Position numbers and translations under genes: made by a program
Notes under the pieces: model-generated
What the model saw: the letters and a program-made list of their open reading frames with translations, nothing else
Databases searched by the model: none
What the model was told of the DNA's origin: nothing
Part shown: piece after piece, positions 9,731 to 19,002 of the stretch
Numbering within the stretch: position 1 is the stretch's first letter
Layout of the letters: every line of letters starts with the position of its first letter
From: a virus
Strand: one strand, 5' to 3'
Length of the DNA: 64,000 nt
IMG/VR virus record: IMGVR_UViG_3300027907_000002
Coordinates: 6,752 to 70,751 of that record

Positions 9731-9831
9731 TAAGTCCTTTAAAGTGACTTACCCACCATTATAAGAAGATGGTGGGTAAGCCTTGCTAGAACTGTTTCAT
9801 AGTGAAAAAGTGTGGTGAAAATTTCACCACA
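9731..9831. promoter_or_regulatory. intergenic palindrome plus 12-bp hairpin (operator/origin-like), copy 1
   Basis: TGTGGTGAAA-A-TTTCACCACA at 9811-9831; CTTACCCACCAT/ATGGTGGGTAAG at 9748-9780; related copy at 26011-26090. Confidence 0.6.
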
Positions 9832-9911
9832 AACTCACTTATTTTTCGGCGTGTATCTTCAATAGCTACATGAAGTTACAAGAATCAGACCGTGAGTTTT
9901 GGCCTAAACAC

Positions 9912-10577
9912 CTAGTTTTCTATAGCTAACTTGAAGGGCCACTTGAAGTTACAAGATTCAAGTGCAATTTCCAGCTCTGCGAAGAACTCATTCTTGCAAG
10001 TCATTGATTCTTGTATAGATAGTAGGTGTTGTACCACAGATTGGACATTGTTTCGCGTAGTTCTATTTCTCTTAGCTCTCCGAGGCTTCTCCACACGAGA
10101 CATGGTTTTGCAAATCGTTTCTACCATTCTTCTTATCTCCTTCTGGCTAGTTGATTTATCTAGGGAGAAAAGCTTTTCGACTGTGGGGTAGTAGGGAAAG
10201 GCATATCGAACCTTGGGCCACCTACCTCCCTCATCTTTAAAAGACTCATGAGAGATAAGTTCTAAGTTGTTTTGCTCCTGCCATTTAAGGAACTCCGGAG
10301 CGTTCTTTTTGATTCGGTTGTAGACTGTGGTGAAAACTTGATCGGAGAATGAGGATACGTTTCGAGCGAGTCTTTTATAGGTCAGTTCTTCCCATCCGGA
10401 ATGTCGGTGCCAGTTTCCCGAGACGAAGACCGCTCGTATAAATTCGTGGAACTTGTCGGGAATCCCCAATCCATTCAACAACATATCAAAGATGGCCATG
10501 TTTCTACGCGATATGTCGACGGCATCTGCAGCTTGAATTAGCTTGAACGTCGAGAAAGAATCGCTATAATTACCCAT
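9912..10577 (-). CDS. putative DNA-binding/replication protein (wHTH-like, tentative)
   Basis: AGGAG RBS before MGNYSD; LTYKRLAR helix; next to the palindromic element. Confidence 0.45.
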   Translation of the reverse strand: MGNYSDSFSTFKLIQAADAVDISRRNMAIFDMLLNGLGIPDKFHEFIRAVFVSGNWHRHSGWEELTYKRLARNVSSFSDQVFTTVYNRIKKNAPEFLKWQEQNNLELISHESFKDEGGRWPKVRYAFPYYPTVEKLFSLDKSTSQKEIRRMVETICKTMSRVEKPRRAKRNRTTRNNVQSVVQHLLSIQESMTCKNEFFAELEIALESCNFKWPFKLAIEN

Positions 10578-10692
10578 AAGGTTAAACTCCTGTTCTGCTA
10601 TAGGCAAGCCAGTAAAGGTCACGATCTTTGAGGTGCGTGGCCTTTTCTCTTGGTTGGGCGACCTTCCCTTTATACCTCATAGGAACCTAAAA

Positions 10693-11031
10693 TCAAATAT
10701 TGACATCCAGATCCAGAGTTTCTTCAAGGAACTCGTCTTTCTCGGAGTCTTTCTCTTGGGCTTTTAGTAAAGCGTGACAGCCAGCAGCGAGACCTAGAAC
10801 CCCTTCTAGTGAGGTGAAAACATCTTCAGTAGCAGATACATCCAGGTCTAACTGGATAGCTCCCTTCTCGTCTAGATCAGGCTGGATCTTCAGGAGGATC
10901 TCGTCGACGGCAGTCTGTTCTAGGTCGGAGTCTGCATCTATATCCAATACCAGGAGGGTCTTTTTGGAACCTACGTTCTGGCATTCAAGAGATCCGCAAC
11001 CGCAGTAAGTGTTGATGACGTAAGCGAACAT
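10693..11031 (-). CDS. acidic hypothetical protein
   Basis: GAGGT RBS; CGCGSLEC. Confidence 0.55.
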   Translation of the reverse strand: MFAYVINTYCGCGSLECQNVGSKKTLLVLDIDADSDLEQTAVDEILLKIQPDLDEKGAIQLDLDVSATEDVFTSLEGVLGLAAGCHALLKAQEKDSEKDEFLEETLDLDVNI

Positions 11032-11034
11032 TTT

Positions 11035-11268
11035 TTATACCTCGCTGTTAAGGGAGCAAATCTCACATCCAGGACCGGGACACCCAGACTTGTGAGAAAA
11101 GTTTTCATAGATCTCTAGTTTCTCTTCTAGCTTTTTAGTCAGAGCTATCAACTCGTTACACTCTAGTTCTAGCTCTCGGGCCTTGGCTGTCATCTTAGCA
11201 AAACATTCCCAAGGATCACCAAGAGGCAAGAACTTTTTATAAGCGTCCACTCTTGGAGTTTCTTCCAT
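11035..11268 (-). CDS. hypothetical protein
   Basis: TPRVD...ARELELE motif common in phage early genes. Confidence 0.55.
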   Translation of the reverse strand: MEETPRVDAYKKFLPLGDPWECFAKMTAKARELELECNELIALTKKLEEKLEIYENFSHKSGCPGPGCEICSLNSEV

Positions 11269-11575
11269 ATCAGTCCCTCAAATACTCTCGGGTGGTCCAC
11301 GTCCTATAACAGAAGGTACATCTCCACCTTTTGAGAATATAGTTTTTGATCTTCTTACCTTTGGTTTCTCTCTGGAGCTCAGTGCCAGCGAGAACGTGAT
11401 GCTTTTTGTGCATTGCTTTGCAGATCATTTAAAACACCTCCCCCATATCATAGCAACGTGATGTTTTTCTTCTCGGGTCTTGGCCCATCGAAACTGAGCC
11501 ATAGCCAGGGCCTCTGAGATAGAGGCCCCGCCGAACTCACCCCTCTCTATAGCGAGCGCAATAGAGACTACCTTT

Positions 11576-12250
11576 TTATTCTCCCCCGCCCGAGCTGCTG
11601 CCCGAATCATAGCTGCTAGAGCAGGGGTCACTTCCAGATGGCCCAGAATAGTCCGATCCCATTCCATAATCCGACTGCGAACTTCCGCAGCTCTCTTCTT
11701 TAAGAGGCGCTGCTGAGGGGGTTTCCACAGGCGATGGCGTCTCGTAAGGCGTCCCCCAGTCAAAGGGAACGCTCCGCTCAGTAGAGGGAAGTTCAAGCTC
11801 TCGATCTCGATCGCTATCATCGTCTCCCACCAGCTCCTGTAGGGCCACAGAAAAGCCCTCGTCCCTTGCGGCATATTCGAAAGGATCAAAGTACGAGGCC
11901 ACTCTTTCCCTATGTGATTCGTCCACGCTTTGCCGCAGATATAATCTTGAGCCTCCAGAAGTCCTTTCAGGCGTCTCATAGCCTCCTCGGGAGACATTGG
12001 AAGAGAGATTGTGCTGCTGCGCTTTCTGCTCATTGCGAAGCTTCTCCTTTGCTTCCTTGTATTCAACCTTCGGCCAAACTAACACACAGATTGCCACTAT
12101 TAGCCAGTAGGGAGGCTTGTAGAATGGGTCGGTTACCCAGGATCTTCTTAACAGAGTGTGATTAGCTAGATAGAGATACATCCCTATCAACAGATAGATA
12201 ATAGACAGAAAGCCTACTATAGCTATGGTTATTCTGAGCGCTTCGTTCAT
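11576..12250 (-). CDS. membrane protein with Ser/Gly/Asp-rich tail
   Basis: Two N-terminal TMs; SSSYDSGSSSGGGE tail; GGAGG RBS. Confidence 0.6.
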   Translation of the reverse strand: MNEALRITIAIVGFLSIIYLLIGMYLYLANHTLLRRSWVTDPFYKPPYWLIVAICVLVWPKVEYKEAKEKLRNEQKAQQHNLSSNVSRGGYETPERTSGGSRLYLRQSVDESHRERVASYFDPFEYAARDEGFSVALQELVGDDDSDRDRELELPSTERSVPFDWGTPYETPSPVETPSAAPLKEESCGSSQSDYGMGSDYSGPSGSDPCSSSYDSGSSSGGGE

Positions 12251-12693
12251 TTGGGTTCCTCCAGATAGTCTGAAAGTCTCAACCTTTCTTGGTTTTCGGG
12301 TCTTACTTCCAGGTTGGCTACCATTATCTTGGCGCCAGGAGGAAAGTAAGGGTTTCCGTTCTCGTCTACGGGCAGCGGCGCAAAGGGGATGAACTCTGTG
12401 AAATCCTCTTGTAAGTGCTCCAGGCAGCGAGAGAGGAACTGAATAGTGGAGTCACAGTAAGCGATTCCCCTTACGCTTTTATGTACCCAAGCGAGAGTTC
12501 TTTTTTCTTCAGCGTTCTTTATCAGCCCCTCAAAGAGCTGCTTTAACATAGTGTAGGCAGCTCCCACACCTTCGAGTTGTTCTTGGTTTTTAGCTTCAGA
12601 CATTGGTGAATTCCTCCCACCATTTTTCAGTATCGTATATCCAGCTCTCCATTGGAGGAGCTCCTCCTCCATAGAAAAGAGGCTTGCTGACAT
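12247..12693 (-). CDS. hypothetical protein (true start probably MSEAK)
   Basis: ORF in packed run. Confidence 0.5.
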   Translation of the reverse strand: MSASLFSMEEELLQWRAGYTILKNGGRNSPMSEAKNQEQLEGVGAAYTMLKQLFEGLIKNAEEKRTLAWVHKSVRGIAYCDSTIQFLSRCLEHLQEDFTEFIPFAPLPVDENGNPYFPPGAKIMVANLEVRPENQERLRLSDYLEEPK

Positions 12694-12847
12694 CTAAATC
12701 TACTTCTCCATTGGTTACTTGGAGAATAGGACTCATTCCTCCAGCGTGATGCGCATCTAGAAGCATTCTATAGAAACTCTTCGCGGCTTCCTCCGGACTC
12801 TCGGCCTCGACAGGCCAACCTACTATAGAAACGTAGTATTCAGCCAC
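12596..12847 (-). CDS. hypothetical protein
   Basis: VEAESPEEA motif; GGAGGT RBS. Confidence 0.55.
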   Translation of the reverse strand: MAEYYVSIVGWPVEAESPEEAAKSFYRMLLDAHHAGGMSPILQVTNGEVDLDVSKPLFYGGGAPPMESWIYDTEKWWEEFTNV

Positions 12848-13103
12848 GACTATTGACCTCCTTTAGATCATACCTCTTAGTTTGTTCTTCCGTTAGCGGT
12901 AACAGCTTGACGCACTGTCCGAGCGCCCAGGGCTTCCCACAAGGGCACCGAATAGCATAAGCGAACTCTCCATCGAAGTGACTATGCAGGCCACAATCAC
13001 AGTACAAATCAATGCAAACCTCGGTGCCCTTCCACTGAATCCAACCGTGAGGACCCGCCGCAATATCTTGCTCTGGAGCATAGATGGCTTCGTAATCAGA
13101 CAT
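12840..13103 (-). CDS. small Zn-binding phage protein
   Basis: WIQWKGTEVCIDLYCDCG...HFDG...RCPCG. Confidence 0.65.
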   Translation of the reverse strand: MSDYEAIYAPEQDIAAGPHGWIQWKGTEVCIDLYCDCGLHSHFDGEFAYAIRCPCGKPWALGQCVKLLPLTEEQTKRYDLKEVNSRG

Positions 13104-13363
13104 CCTCTCTCCCCTTCAAGAGGACCTCTCCATCAGAAGAGGCCCTCCAACACAGGACGATATGACCTCCACACTCAGAGTGTGGGTCAGTCGTCCTCCT
13201 TTTCTTCGTCTTCTTCGACCGTCACTGCGGGGACTCCATCACTTCTGAAGATCATCTTCGCAGCGAACATAATCAACCCTATTACAAAAAACAGGGTAAA
13301 GATCGCCACGATTATGTCTGAGATTCCCCCGTCATTGTTGGGGCCTGTTATGGGTTCCATTCT

Positions 13364-14344
13364 TTAGTCCTCCTTGATGTAGCCCCAGCCTCTTGCGTAG
13401 AGTTCTGAGTAGTCATCTATGGATTTCTCGTCGTCTACCTTTGTGAGCTCCTCGGATCGACCAACACCGTACTCCCCCCGAGCATAGTTATACTCGCGGC
13501 TCTCCCTCGAAATCCCACGGTAGTCCCTGTTCTCCTCCCACCACCTTGGCCTTTCGTCGTTTCTTGCCCCGCTTCCCACCGTCACGTACCCTCTTCCTCC
13601 CAGAGGATACTCCACGGGGCGAGGCTTTGGGAGCTGTTCAATAATAGGCCTCCCATCCTTACCAAAGATATAAGGCCTGACTATCAGGGATTTCTCCTTC
13701 AGTCCGAAGCTGCACTTTCCTTCCTTCTGGAGCTGATAACGATTCGATCCCGGTCCTGGTTTGTAGTTATCGCAGTCTCCCAGCGAATTGACGGTGCTCT
13801 CCTTAAACTTGAGGTCGTGCGCCCTCACGACATCCACCTTATAGGGCCAGTCAGGCATCCCCGAAGGAACAACGCCAAACCTAACCACCGCTAGACTCCC
13901 ACACTCCAAGATCACCCGGCCTTCCGCTTGCATCCCGAATCCCATGCTGTATTCGTAGTCGTCTTTCATCTTGGACGAAATAACTATAGAGCAAGGGAAC
14001 CGGGAATTCACTCCATCCAGAGCCTTGTCGGTCCCTGAGAAAAAAGCTCCCATAGAATGATGAGAGTGGACCACACCCACTATCTCAGGACGGATCTTAT
14101 CAGGAATATCCTTATCGTCCACGTCACATGATCCGTGAGTGCGCTCTTGGACTCTTGGAACAAAGAGCTGTTTTACTTTGACCTCGAAGCCATCTTTAGA
14201 GGCCGTTCCCAAAAGAATAGCCAGCCATTCCAGGCGATCCTCTGCAGCACCCGCGAACCACCCTAAAATCTCAGGGTCTATCTCAATTCTCCCCTGACAC
14301 TCCTTCACTACCGGGCAGCTCGACACTGTTGATTGAATGAACAT
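13364..14344 (-). CDS. JAB/MPN+ metallopeptidase (prokaryotic Ubl protease)
   Basis: EWLAILLG...VGVVHSHHSMGAFFSGTD matches E...HxH-x7-S-x2-D. Confidence 0.9.
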   Translation of the reverse strand: MFIQSTVSSCPVVKECQGRIEIDPEILGWFAGAAEDRLEWLAILLGTASKDGFEVKVKQLFVPRVQERTHGSCDVDDKDIPDKIRPEIVGVVHSHHSMGAFFSGTDKALDGVNSRFPCSIVISSKMKDDYEYSMGFGMQAEGRVILECGSLAVVRFGVVPSGMPDWPYKVDVVRAHDLKFKESTVNSLGDCDNYKPGPGSNRYQLQKEGKCSFGLKEKSLIVRPYIFGKDGRPIIEQLPKPRPVEYPLGGRGYVTVGSGARNDERPRWWEENRDYRGISRESREYNYARGEYGVGRSEELTKVDDEKSIDDYSELYARGWGYIKED

Positions 14345-14936
14345 CGTCTTGATTTCCTCTCTGAAGAGCAGGGAAGTTCCACTGATCCTCGATAAATTCG
14401 TTCTCTTCTAAGACCTTTCGTACCGCCCGAGCGCCGATGCCTCCAGCTATAAACGACACATCGAGATCGGGCATCATCTGATAACCACCTGGAGCTCCTT
14501 CTACATCGAAAGGTACTCCAGGAGAAACTGTTACTATTCCGAGACCATCATAACTAACACGGAGATACTTTCCGTTAGCGAGACGGATCATATTCAAAAG
14601 AGCCTCTCGATCGGAGGTCTTCATGTCTGTGCAGTCTACAAAGAGAGTCTCGGTTTCGGTGCGACCCCTTAGATAGCTGGGTTCCAAGCGTTTGTCTATA
14701 GGAGTTATATAGCGGTCTCCCATCTTGTGACTAACAAAATCAGCCAAAAGATCTACCTTCTTAGCTCCTACCAGTGTACGAGGCATTCGAAAGTGACCGT
14801 TCCCTGTTACTCCTATATCGTCGTCGTCCCACACCTCAACTTGAATCCCCGCTGCTATATCTCGCATAAGCGCTATCGTGAGCCAGAACCCCACACCGCC
14901 AGCTCCTATGATTACTACCTTTTTTATCTCAGTCAT
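14283..14936 (-). CDS. ThiF/E1-like adenylating enzyme
   Basis: VVIIGAGGVG, VWDDD, KKVD, FVDCTD...R; start MTEIKK has an RBS and overlaps the E2 stop. Confidence 0.88.
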   Translation of the reverse strand: MTEIKKVVIIGAGGVGFWLTIALMRDIAAGIQVEVWDDDDIGVTGNGHFRMPRTLVGAKKVDLLADFVSHKMGDRYITPIDKRLEPSYLRGRTETETLFVDCTDMKTSDREALLNMIRLANGKYLRVSYDGLGIVTVSPGVPFDVEGAPGGYQMMPDLDVSFIAGGIGARAVRKVLEENEFIEDQWNFPALQRGNQDDVHSINSVELPGSEGVSGEN

Positions 14937-15897
14937 TGTGCTCCCCCTCATCGCAGTTGTTGCATAAGATACCCTCTTCCGAGACGGTATTCTCGCACTC
15001 GCATCTATCACAACTGCAATACCAAATGTCCATAGGATAACGCTCCCTGCAAGAAGCGCACTTCTTTTCTATGACCTCTGAGACCTTTTTGTTATAGCCA
15101 CACCAGTTGCAAACTGTAGTAGCGCATGCTGTTAGGCAGAGATTCTTTCGGTTGAGATCCTTTAGCTGGAAGGTTTGTCCACAACCAGCACACTTCCTAT
15201 CTATGCGCTCTCTGCAAGGCTGGCAGACTTTTCCTTCTGGATGATTGCTTAGTGACGTGGAATTCCAGAGTTCATCACAGTGAGGGCACCTCTGGGCATA
15301 TGCGGGGAAACAAGGTTCGCAGTAAAAACCTCTCCTCTCGTCCATTGAAGGGTCTCTATCCGCAAAACAAGCGTAGCACTTTGTAGCTTTTGCTAGAGTG
15401 TCACATTCCTCTATACATACCCTCTTAGAACTATAGACAAAGGGTCCCATAGCCGAAGCTGATTTAGTTACTCCGCACAGAGCACAGGTAGACTTAGGAA
15501 AAGCCTTACATACATCCGCGTGACCTACTTCCTGTAACCACCTATTAACATCATGGTATGGGTTACCATAACTTATAGACGCAAATAGAGCCGCGTCAGC
15601 AGAAGTAGCTGAGCCTTTACAGATTTGACTACCTGAAACGTGTGGATGGGCGTGAGTGAACTTAGGGAAAGCGTTATTTCCATTCAGGTCCCACAAACCC
15701 AGCAACCTATAAAGTCGCGTATCCACCATCCAAATCAACCTAGTCTCGTCCCACTCTCCACACTTGGGACAGAGAAAAGGAGGATTTACGAATACCTGGA
15801 TGCCATTTTTAAGCTGCCATCCATCGCTCTTTAACAGAGCTTCTTGGCGAGCCTTGGCTTCCTTGACTCGATTTAAAAGCGAAGTCGGATCTTGCAT
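14929..15897 (-). CDS. E2/UBC-like protein fused to multiple Zn ribbons
   Basis: HAHPHVSGSQICKG (HP[NH]V...IC catalytic motif) plus about a dozen CxxC-type motifs; adjacent to E1 and JAB. Confidence 0.7.
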   Translation of the reverse strand: MQDPTSLLNRVKEAKARQEALLKSDGWQLKNGIQVFVNPPFLCPKCGEWDETRLIWMVDTRLYRLLGLWDLNGNNAFPKFTHAHPHVSGSQICKGSATSADAALFASISYGNPYHDVNRWLQEVGHADVCKAFPKSTCALCGVTKSASAMGPFVYSSKRVCIEECDTLAKATKCYACFADRDPSMDERRGFYCEPCFPAYAQRCPHCDELWNSTSLSNHPEGKVCQPCRERIDRKCAGCGQTFQLKDLNRKNLCLTACATTVCNWCGYNKKVSEVIEKKCASCRERYPMDIWYCSCDRCECENTVSEEGILCNNCDEGEHND

Positions 15898-15909
15898 TTT
15901 TCCTCCTTT

Positions 15910-16446
15910 CTAGATCTCCATAACGATCCAAGCGGTTCCGGTTTCGTTGATGTCCACAGATCTACCATCGTGATCTCGCCACCTTAGATCCTCGGGTTCA
16001 CCATCCGGAGCCACATTGTATAAACCAGCTTCTTTCAGTTCTTTGGTGTGAAGAGCTATCTTGCGAACTGGACGCCCTGCGTGCGAATAAGCTGTGGCAG
16101 TCCTCACACCTGTTTGAGCTTGAGTTCGCATTCCCTCGATCATCTGTTCAATAGCTTCTATGATCTCAGGATCGGAAGCCAGCAGAAAGAAATCCGCGAT
16201 GGCCATTAAAGCTGCAGGACCCCAAATAGGCACCGGTATATCCGGATCTCCATCCACATAAAGATCGCTGGTTGTCATCGTCCAGTAGTTTCCAGTGCCT
16301 ACTCTGAGGGTCTTGTCGTTTTTCCAAATCAAACAGTATAACCCTGGCCAGTGACAACGCTCGAATCTTGAGCTGGCCAAGAGAAACTGCTTTACAGAAG
16401 CTTGATTAGCTAAATTAACACTCTCAGGCCTAGCTGAAAGTCTCAT
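15910..16446 (-). CDS. hypothetical protein of the Ubl operon
   Basis: AAGGAG RBS before MRLSARP; lies between the Ubl candidate and E2. Confidence 0.65.
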   Translation of the reverse strand: MRLSARPESVNLANQASVKQFLLASSRFERCHWPGLYCLIWKNDKTLRVGTGNYWTMTTSDLYVDGDPDIPVPIWGPAALMAIADFFLLASDPEIIEAIEQMIEGMRTQAQTGVRTATAYSHAGRPVRKIALHTKELKEAGLYNVAPDGEPEDLRWRDHDGRSVDINETGTAWIVMEI

Positions 16447-16534
16447 GGGAGTTCTCCTTTTTTGTTTACGAAGGTAGCTTGAAAAAGGTCGTCCAAACAT
16501 ACCTCCCTCAAACGTTGGATAGACAATCATAGAA

Positions 16535-16578
16535 CAAAGAGGAGAAAGACCCCCTTTAAAGGAATCTTCCTCCCCTCT
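16535..16578 (-). terminator. hairpin/terminator right after the Ubl candidate
   Basis: GAGGGGAGGAAGATTCC-TTTAAA-GGGGGTCTTTCTCCTC followed by TTTGTT on the minus strand. Confidence 0.5.
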
Positions 16579-16581
16579 CCC

Positions 16582-16905
16582 TTAGAAGCCAGCCTTGGCC
16601 TGATAGACCGGAGTTACTTTCTGGTTGGGCTCCAGAAGCCTCTCCGAACCATCCGTGTTATAGAGCTTCGGAGAATCCACCGAAGTAATCAGCTCCGCAG
16701 CCTTACCAGGAGTCTCCAGTTTGAAGGCGTGAGATGCGGTCGTCTTGGACTCCCGCATGATCTGCTTGATGTGGCCGATGATCGAGATCGTCTCACCGTT
16801 CTCAAATGTAACCTGCTGGATGTCTCCCTCGACGTTGGTCATTTTGCCTTCGTTGTCGAACTGAACACCCGTAAGAGCTCCATCAATGCGCATTGCGTTA
16901 CCCAT
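16582..16905 (-). CDS. candidate ubiquitin-like modifier (pro-form ending ...QAKAG-F)
   Basis: 107 aa, beta-rich, penultimate Gly, AAGGA RBS, first gene before E2-E1-JAB. Confidence 0.6.
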   Translation of the reverse strand: MGNAMRIDGALTGVQFDNEGKMTNVEGDIQQVTFENGETISIIGHIKQIMRESKTTASHAFKLETPGKAAELITSVDSPKLYNTDGSERLLEPNQKVTPVYQAKAGF

Positions 16906-17021
16906 AACTTTAAACTATCCTTTCTTAACACTGTTAAGTGTTTCGTCAATTTCCTTCTGAATTCTTGGGCCCCCTTAACAAAGAGGGCCCCTTCTTTTAC
17001 TGCCCTCGCTTGAGGGACCAC

Positions 17022-17393
17022 TTAGACTCTGGCCAGTTCAACTTCTTGGCTTTCGTCTGTAGGTGGAATAAAAATCCGTCCAACGTTCCGAGTTTCAACT
17101 GGAGCTTGGTAAGGTGAGCCGAATTTGCCCGCCATCCAAGCGTTCTTGAAGACTTCCGCTTTTTGGAGAAAATGGCGATTCCCTCTATTGCGGAAGTCAT
17201 ATTCCTTTTCGAGGAATCCCTTGAATCGGGAGTCCTCAATCTGTTGCCTATCGAAGACTGTCCCAGGGTTTAGAAAAAGTTCCAGGACTATGGGTTCACC
17301 ATTGGAAGTCCTGAAAGGGTATTGACGTTTCTCGGGCATTACCTTTTTGGGTTGACCGAACTTAGCTTTCTGGATTTGAGGATTGAGAAACAT
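17022..17393 (-). CDS. hypothetical protein
   Basis: TAAGGAG RBS. Confidence 0.6.
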   Translation of the reverse strand: MFLNPQIQKAKFGQPKKVMPEKRQYPFRTSNGEPIVLELFLNPGTVFDRQQIEDSRFKGFLEKEYDFRNRGNRHFLQKAEVFKNAWMAGKFGSPYQAPVETRNVGRIFIPPTDESQEVELARV

Positions 17394-17407
17394 AGGGATC
17401 TGTCTCC

Positions 17408-17500
17408 TTAGTTGGGGGAGCCTTGGAGTATCAAGGTTCCATGATTGTTACTGATTGGGAAGAGGGGGTCTCTTCCAGGGATTTGAAGTAAATTGCGCAT
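17408..17500 (-). CDS. 30-aa small ORF
   Basis: AAAGGAG then MRNLLQIPGRDPLFPISNNHGTLILQGSPN*; fills the intergenic gap. Confidence 0.4.
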   Translation of the reverse strand: MRNLLQIPGRDPLFPISNNHGTLILQGSPN

Positions 17501-17705
17501 GGAGCTCTCCTTTCAGGCAGAACGCCCGAGCTTTTTAAGAAGGTTGGTTATGTCGCGCTGGGCAGCTTTTATTTTGTGAGCTGCTATATCAACTTGCGAC
17601 TCAAACTTCGCTACCTTTAGGGCCTTCTGCCAGAACTCCACGTCTTCTATTCTTCTGGCCAGGGCCTCCGTCCGCTTTTGTTCGATTGACTTCATAGGCC
17701 TCCTT

Positions 17706-18077
17706 TTATTTTCTAGTTTTCTTTGAGGGCGGTCTCCCTCTCCTTTTAGCTGGAGGGACTGGAGGATCGACGGTGTATTCGTAAGAGACGATCTTCTTCT
17801 CGATTGTGTTTTTGGTGGGCACGAATAGAGCGCCATTCTTGAGAATGAGCACTTCGTTCGAATGCCAATCATCGTGACTCATTGGGCAGTAGTTACCCTG
17901 ATGCCTGGGCACGGGAATCTTATGTAAAATCGCCCAATTCCGCTTCTCACTCTCATCCTCTTCGTTTGTTTCGTTGAGAAAATCAAGGAGCCCCTTATCC
18001 GTGTTGTAGAAGTAGACATCTTGATCCCAAGTTATTACTACGTACTCCACGGTGGGAGCTCGTTTACCTCGTGGCAT
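17706..18077 (-). CDS. hypothetical protein with C-terminal AT-hook
   Basis: KRRGRPPSKK at the C-terminus. Confidence 0.6.
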   Translation of the reverse strand: MPRGKRAPTVEYVVITWDQDVYFYNTDKGLLDFLNETNEEDESEKRNWAILHKIPVPRHQGNYCPMSHDDWHSNEVLILKNGALFVPTKNTIEKKIVSYEYTVDPPVPPAKRRGRPPSKKTRK

Positions 18078-18099
18078 AAAAGGTCCTTTTGTTGTTAGG

Positions 18100-18312
18100 T
18101 TAGTCTCGATCTTTGGAATACTTCTGTTCCATCTTCAGAAGCATTAACAGTATAGCTCCCGCGAACATACAAGCTACGGGACCATCCCCTTTTTTGCACG
18201 ATAGGATAAAACCTACTACAAACAACACATAGGCCATAAGCCCGAATGCCAGGTCAGTAGCAGGTCCTATCAAATAGCGCCATTTGCTGAACTTTTGAAA
18301 TCTACGCCTCAT
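18100..18312 (-). CDS. two-TM membrane protein
   Basis: Two hydrophobic segments, GGAG RBS. Confidence 0.5.
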   Translation of the reverse strand: MRRRFQKFSKWRYLIGPATDLAFGLMAYVLFVVGFILSCKKGDGPVACMFAGAILLMLLKMEQKYSKDRD

Positions 18313-18751
18313 CAGGATCTCCCGCTGTTAAGAGAGGAACGCTGATCGTAGTAGTACTAGAAAGTTGCCTGGAGTCCTCTACGATCTCTCCCTCTAGAAC
18401 GCCATCTTCCAAAATCCCCAATATTCGCAGGGCTTCTGGGGGCCAATAGGTGCTATGGTTCCAGCCAGGAGTGTCCGATTGCATACGAAAACACGGAAGG
18501 GTTTCACCATCGCACTCTATTTCTGGAGTAGCCCAGGTAGAAGCAAGAAAAGTATAGGTATCTTCCTTGGGAACGGGTTTCCCCTCTCTCCAGATCGTCC
18601 CTCCAGTGTATGACCAGTCCATACTAAGACCAGCTCTGACGACCTGGGGATTCTGCATCTTGATAATGCGAGCCGCGAGTTCCCAATCAAATACTCGCTC
18701 TTCCTTGTGACGATGAAGTTCGCCCATCAAGAAAGCTCTCATCGTATCCAT
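18302..18751 (-). CDS. phage hypothetical protein
   Basis: VFDWELAA...AGLSMDWSYTGG...FLASTWATP...WPPEAL; GGAGGT RBS. Confidence 0.7.
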   Translation of the reverse strand: MDTMRAFLMGELHRHKEERVFDWELAARIIKMQNPQVVRAGLSMDWSYTGGTIWREGKPVPKEDTYTFLASTWATPEIECDGETLPCFRMQSDTPGWNHSTYWPPEALRILGILEDGVLEGEIVEDSRQLSSTTTISVPLLTAGDPDEA

Positions 18752-18762
18752 CTAGTTACCTC

Positions 18763-19002
18763 CTAGTTAATTGCTGCGTTTTGTTCAGCGCCCTCTATGC
18801 TATCTTTGAGTAGCTGAAAGTAACGCTGGACCATTGGCACACTTTTTAGGGTATCCAAGGCATCTCCGAAAGTAGGAGCCTCAGACAGGGCAAACTGAAT
18901 CGGTCCCCCCTTTTCGTCTGCTATTGCAAAGTCGAACTTGAGAAAAGCTGCCCACTTTTGTCGGAATGGGTCATAAGTCATGATGATGTTAGCTTGTGGC
19001 AT
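18763..19002 (-). CDS. hypothetical protein
   Basis: RBS and coupling. Confidence 0.5.
   Translation of the reverse strand: MPQANIIMTYDPFRQKWAAFLKFDFAIADEKGGPIQFALSEAPTFGDALDTLKSVPMVQRYFQLLKDSIEGAEQNAAIN

Noticed and set aside
11425-12066. 213-aa overlapping ORF
   Set aside because: Alternate frame of 11576..12250, which has the RBS, coupling and a typical low-complexity tail
14283-14936. ThiF/MoeB for thiamine or molybdopterin synthesis
   Set aside because: No Zn site, rhodanese or pathway genes; flanked by E2 and JAB
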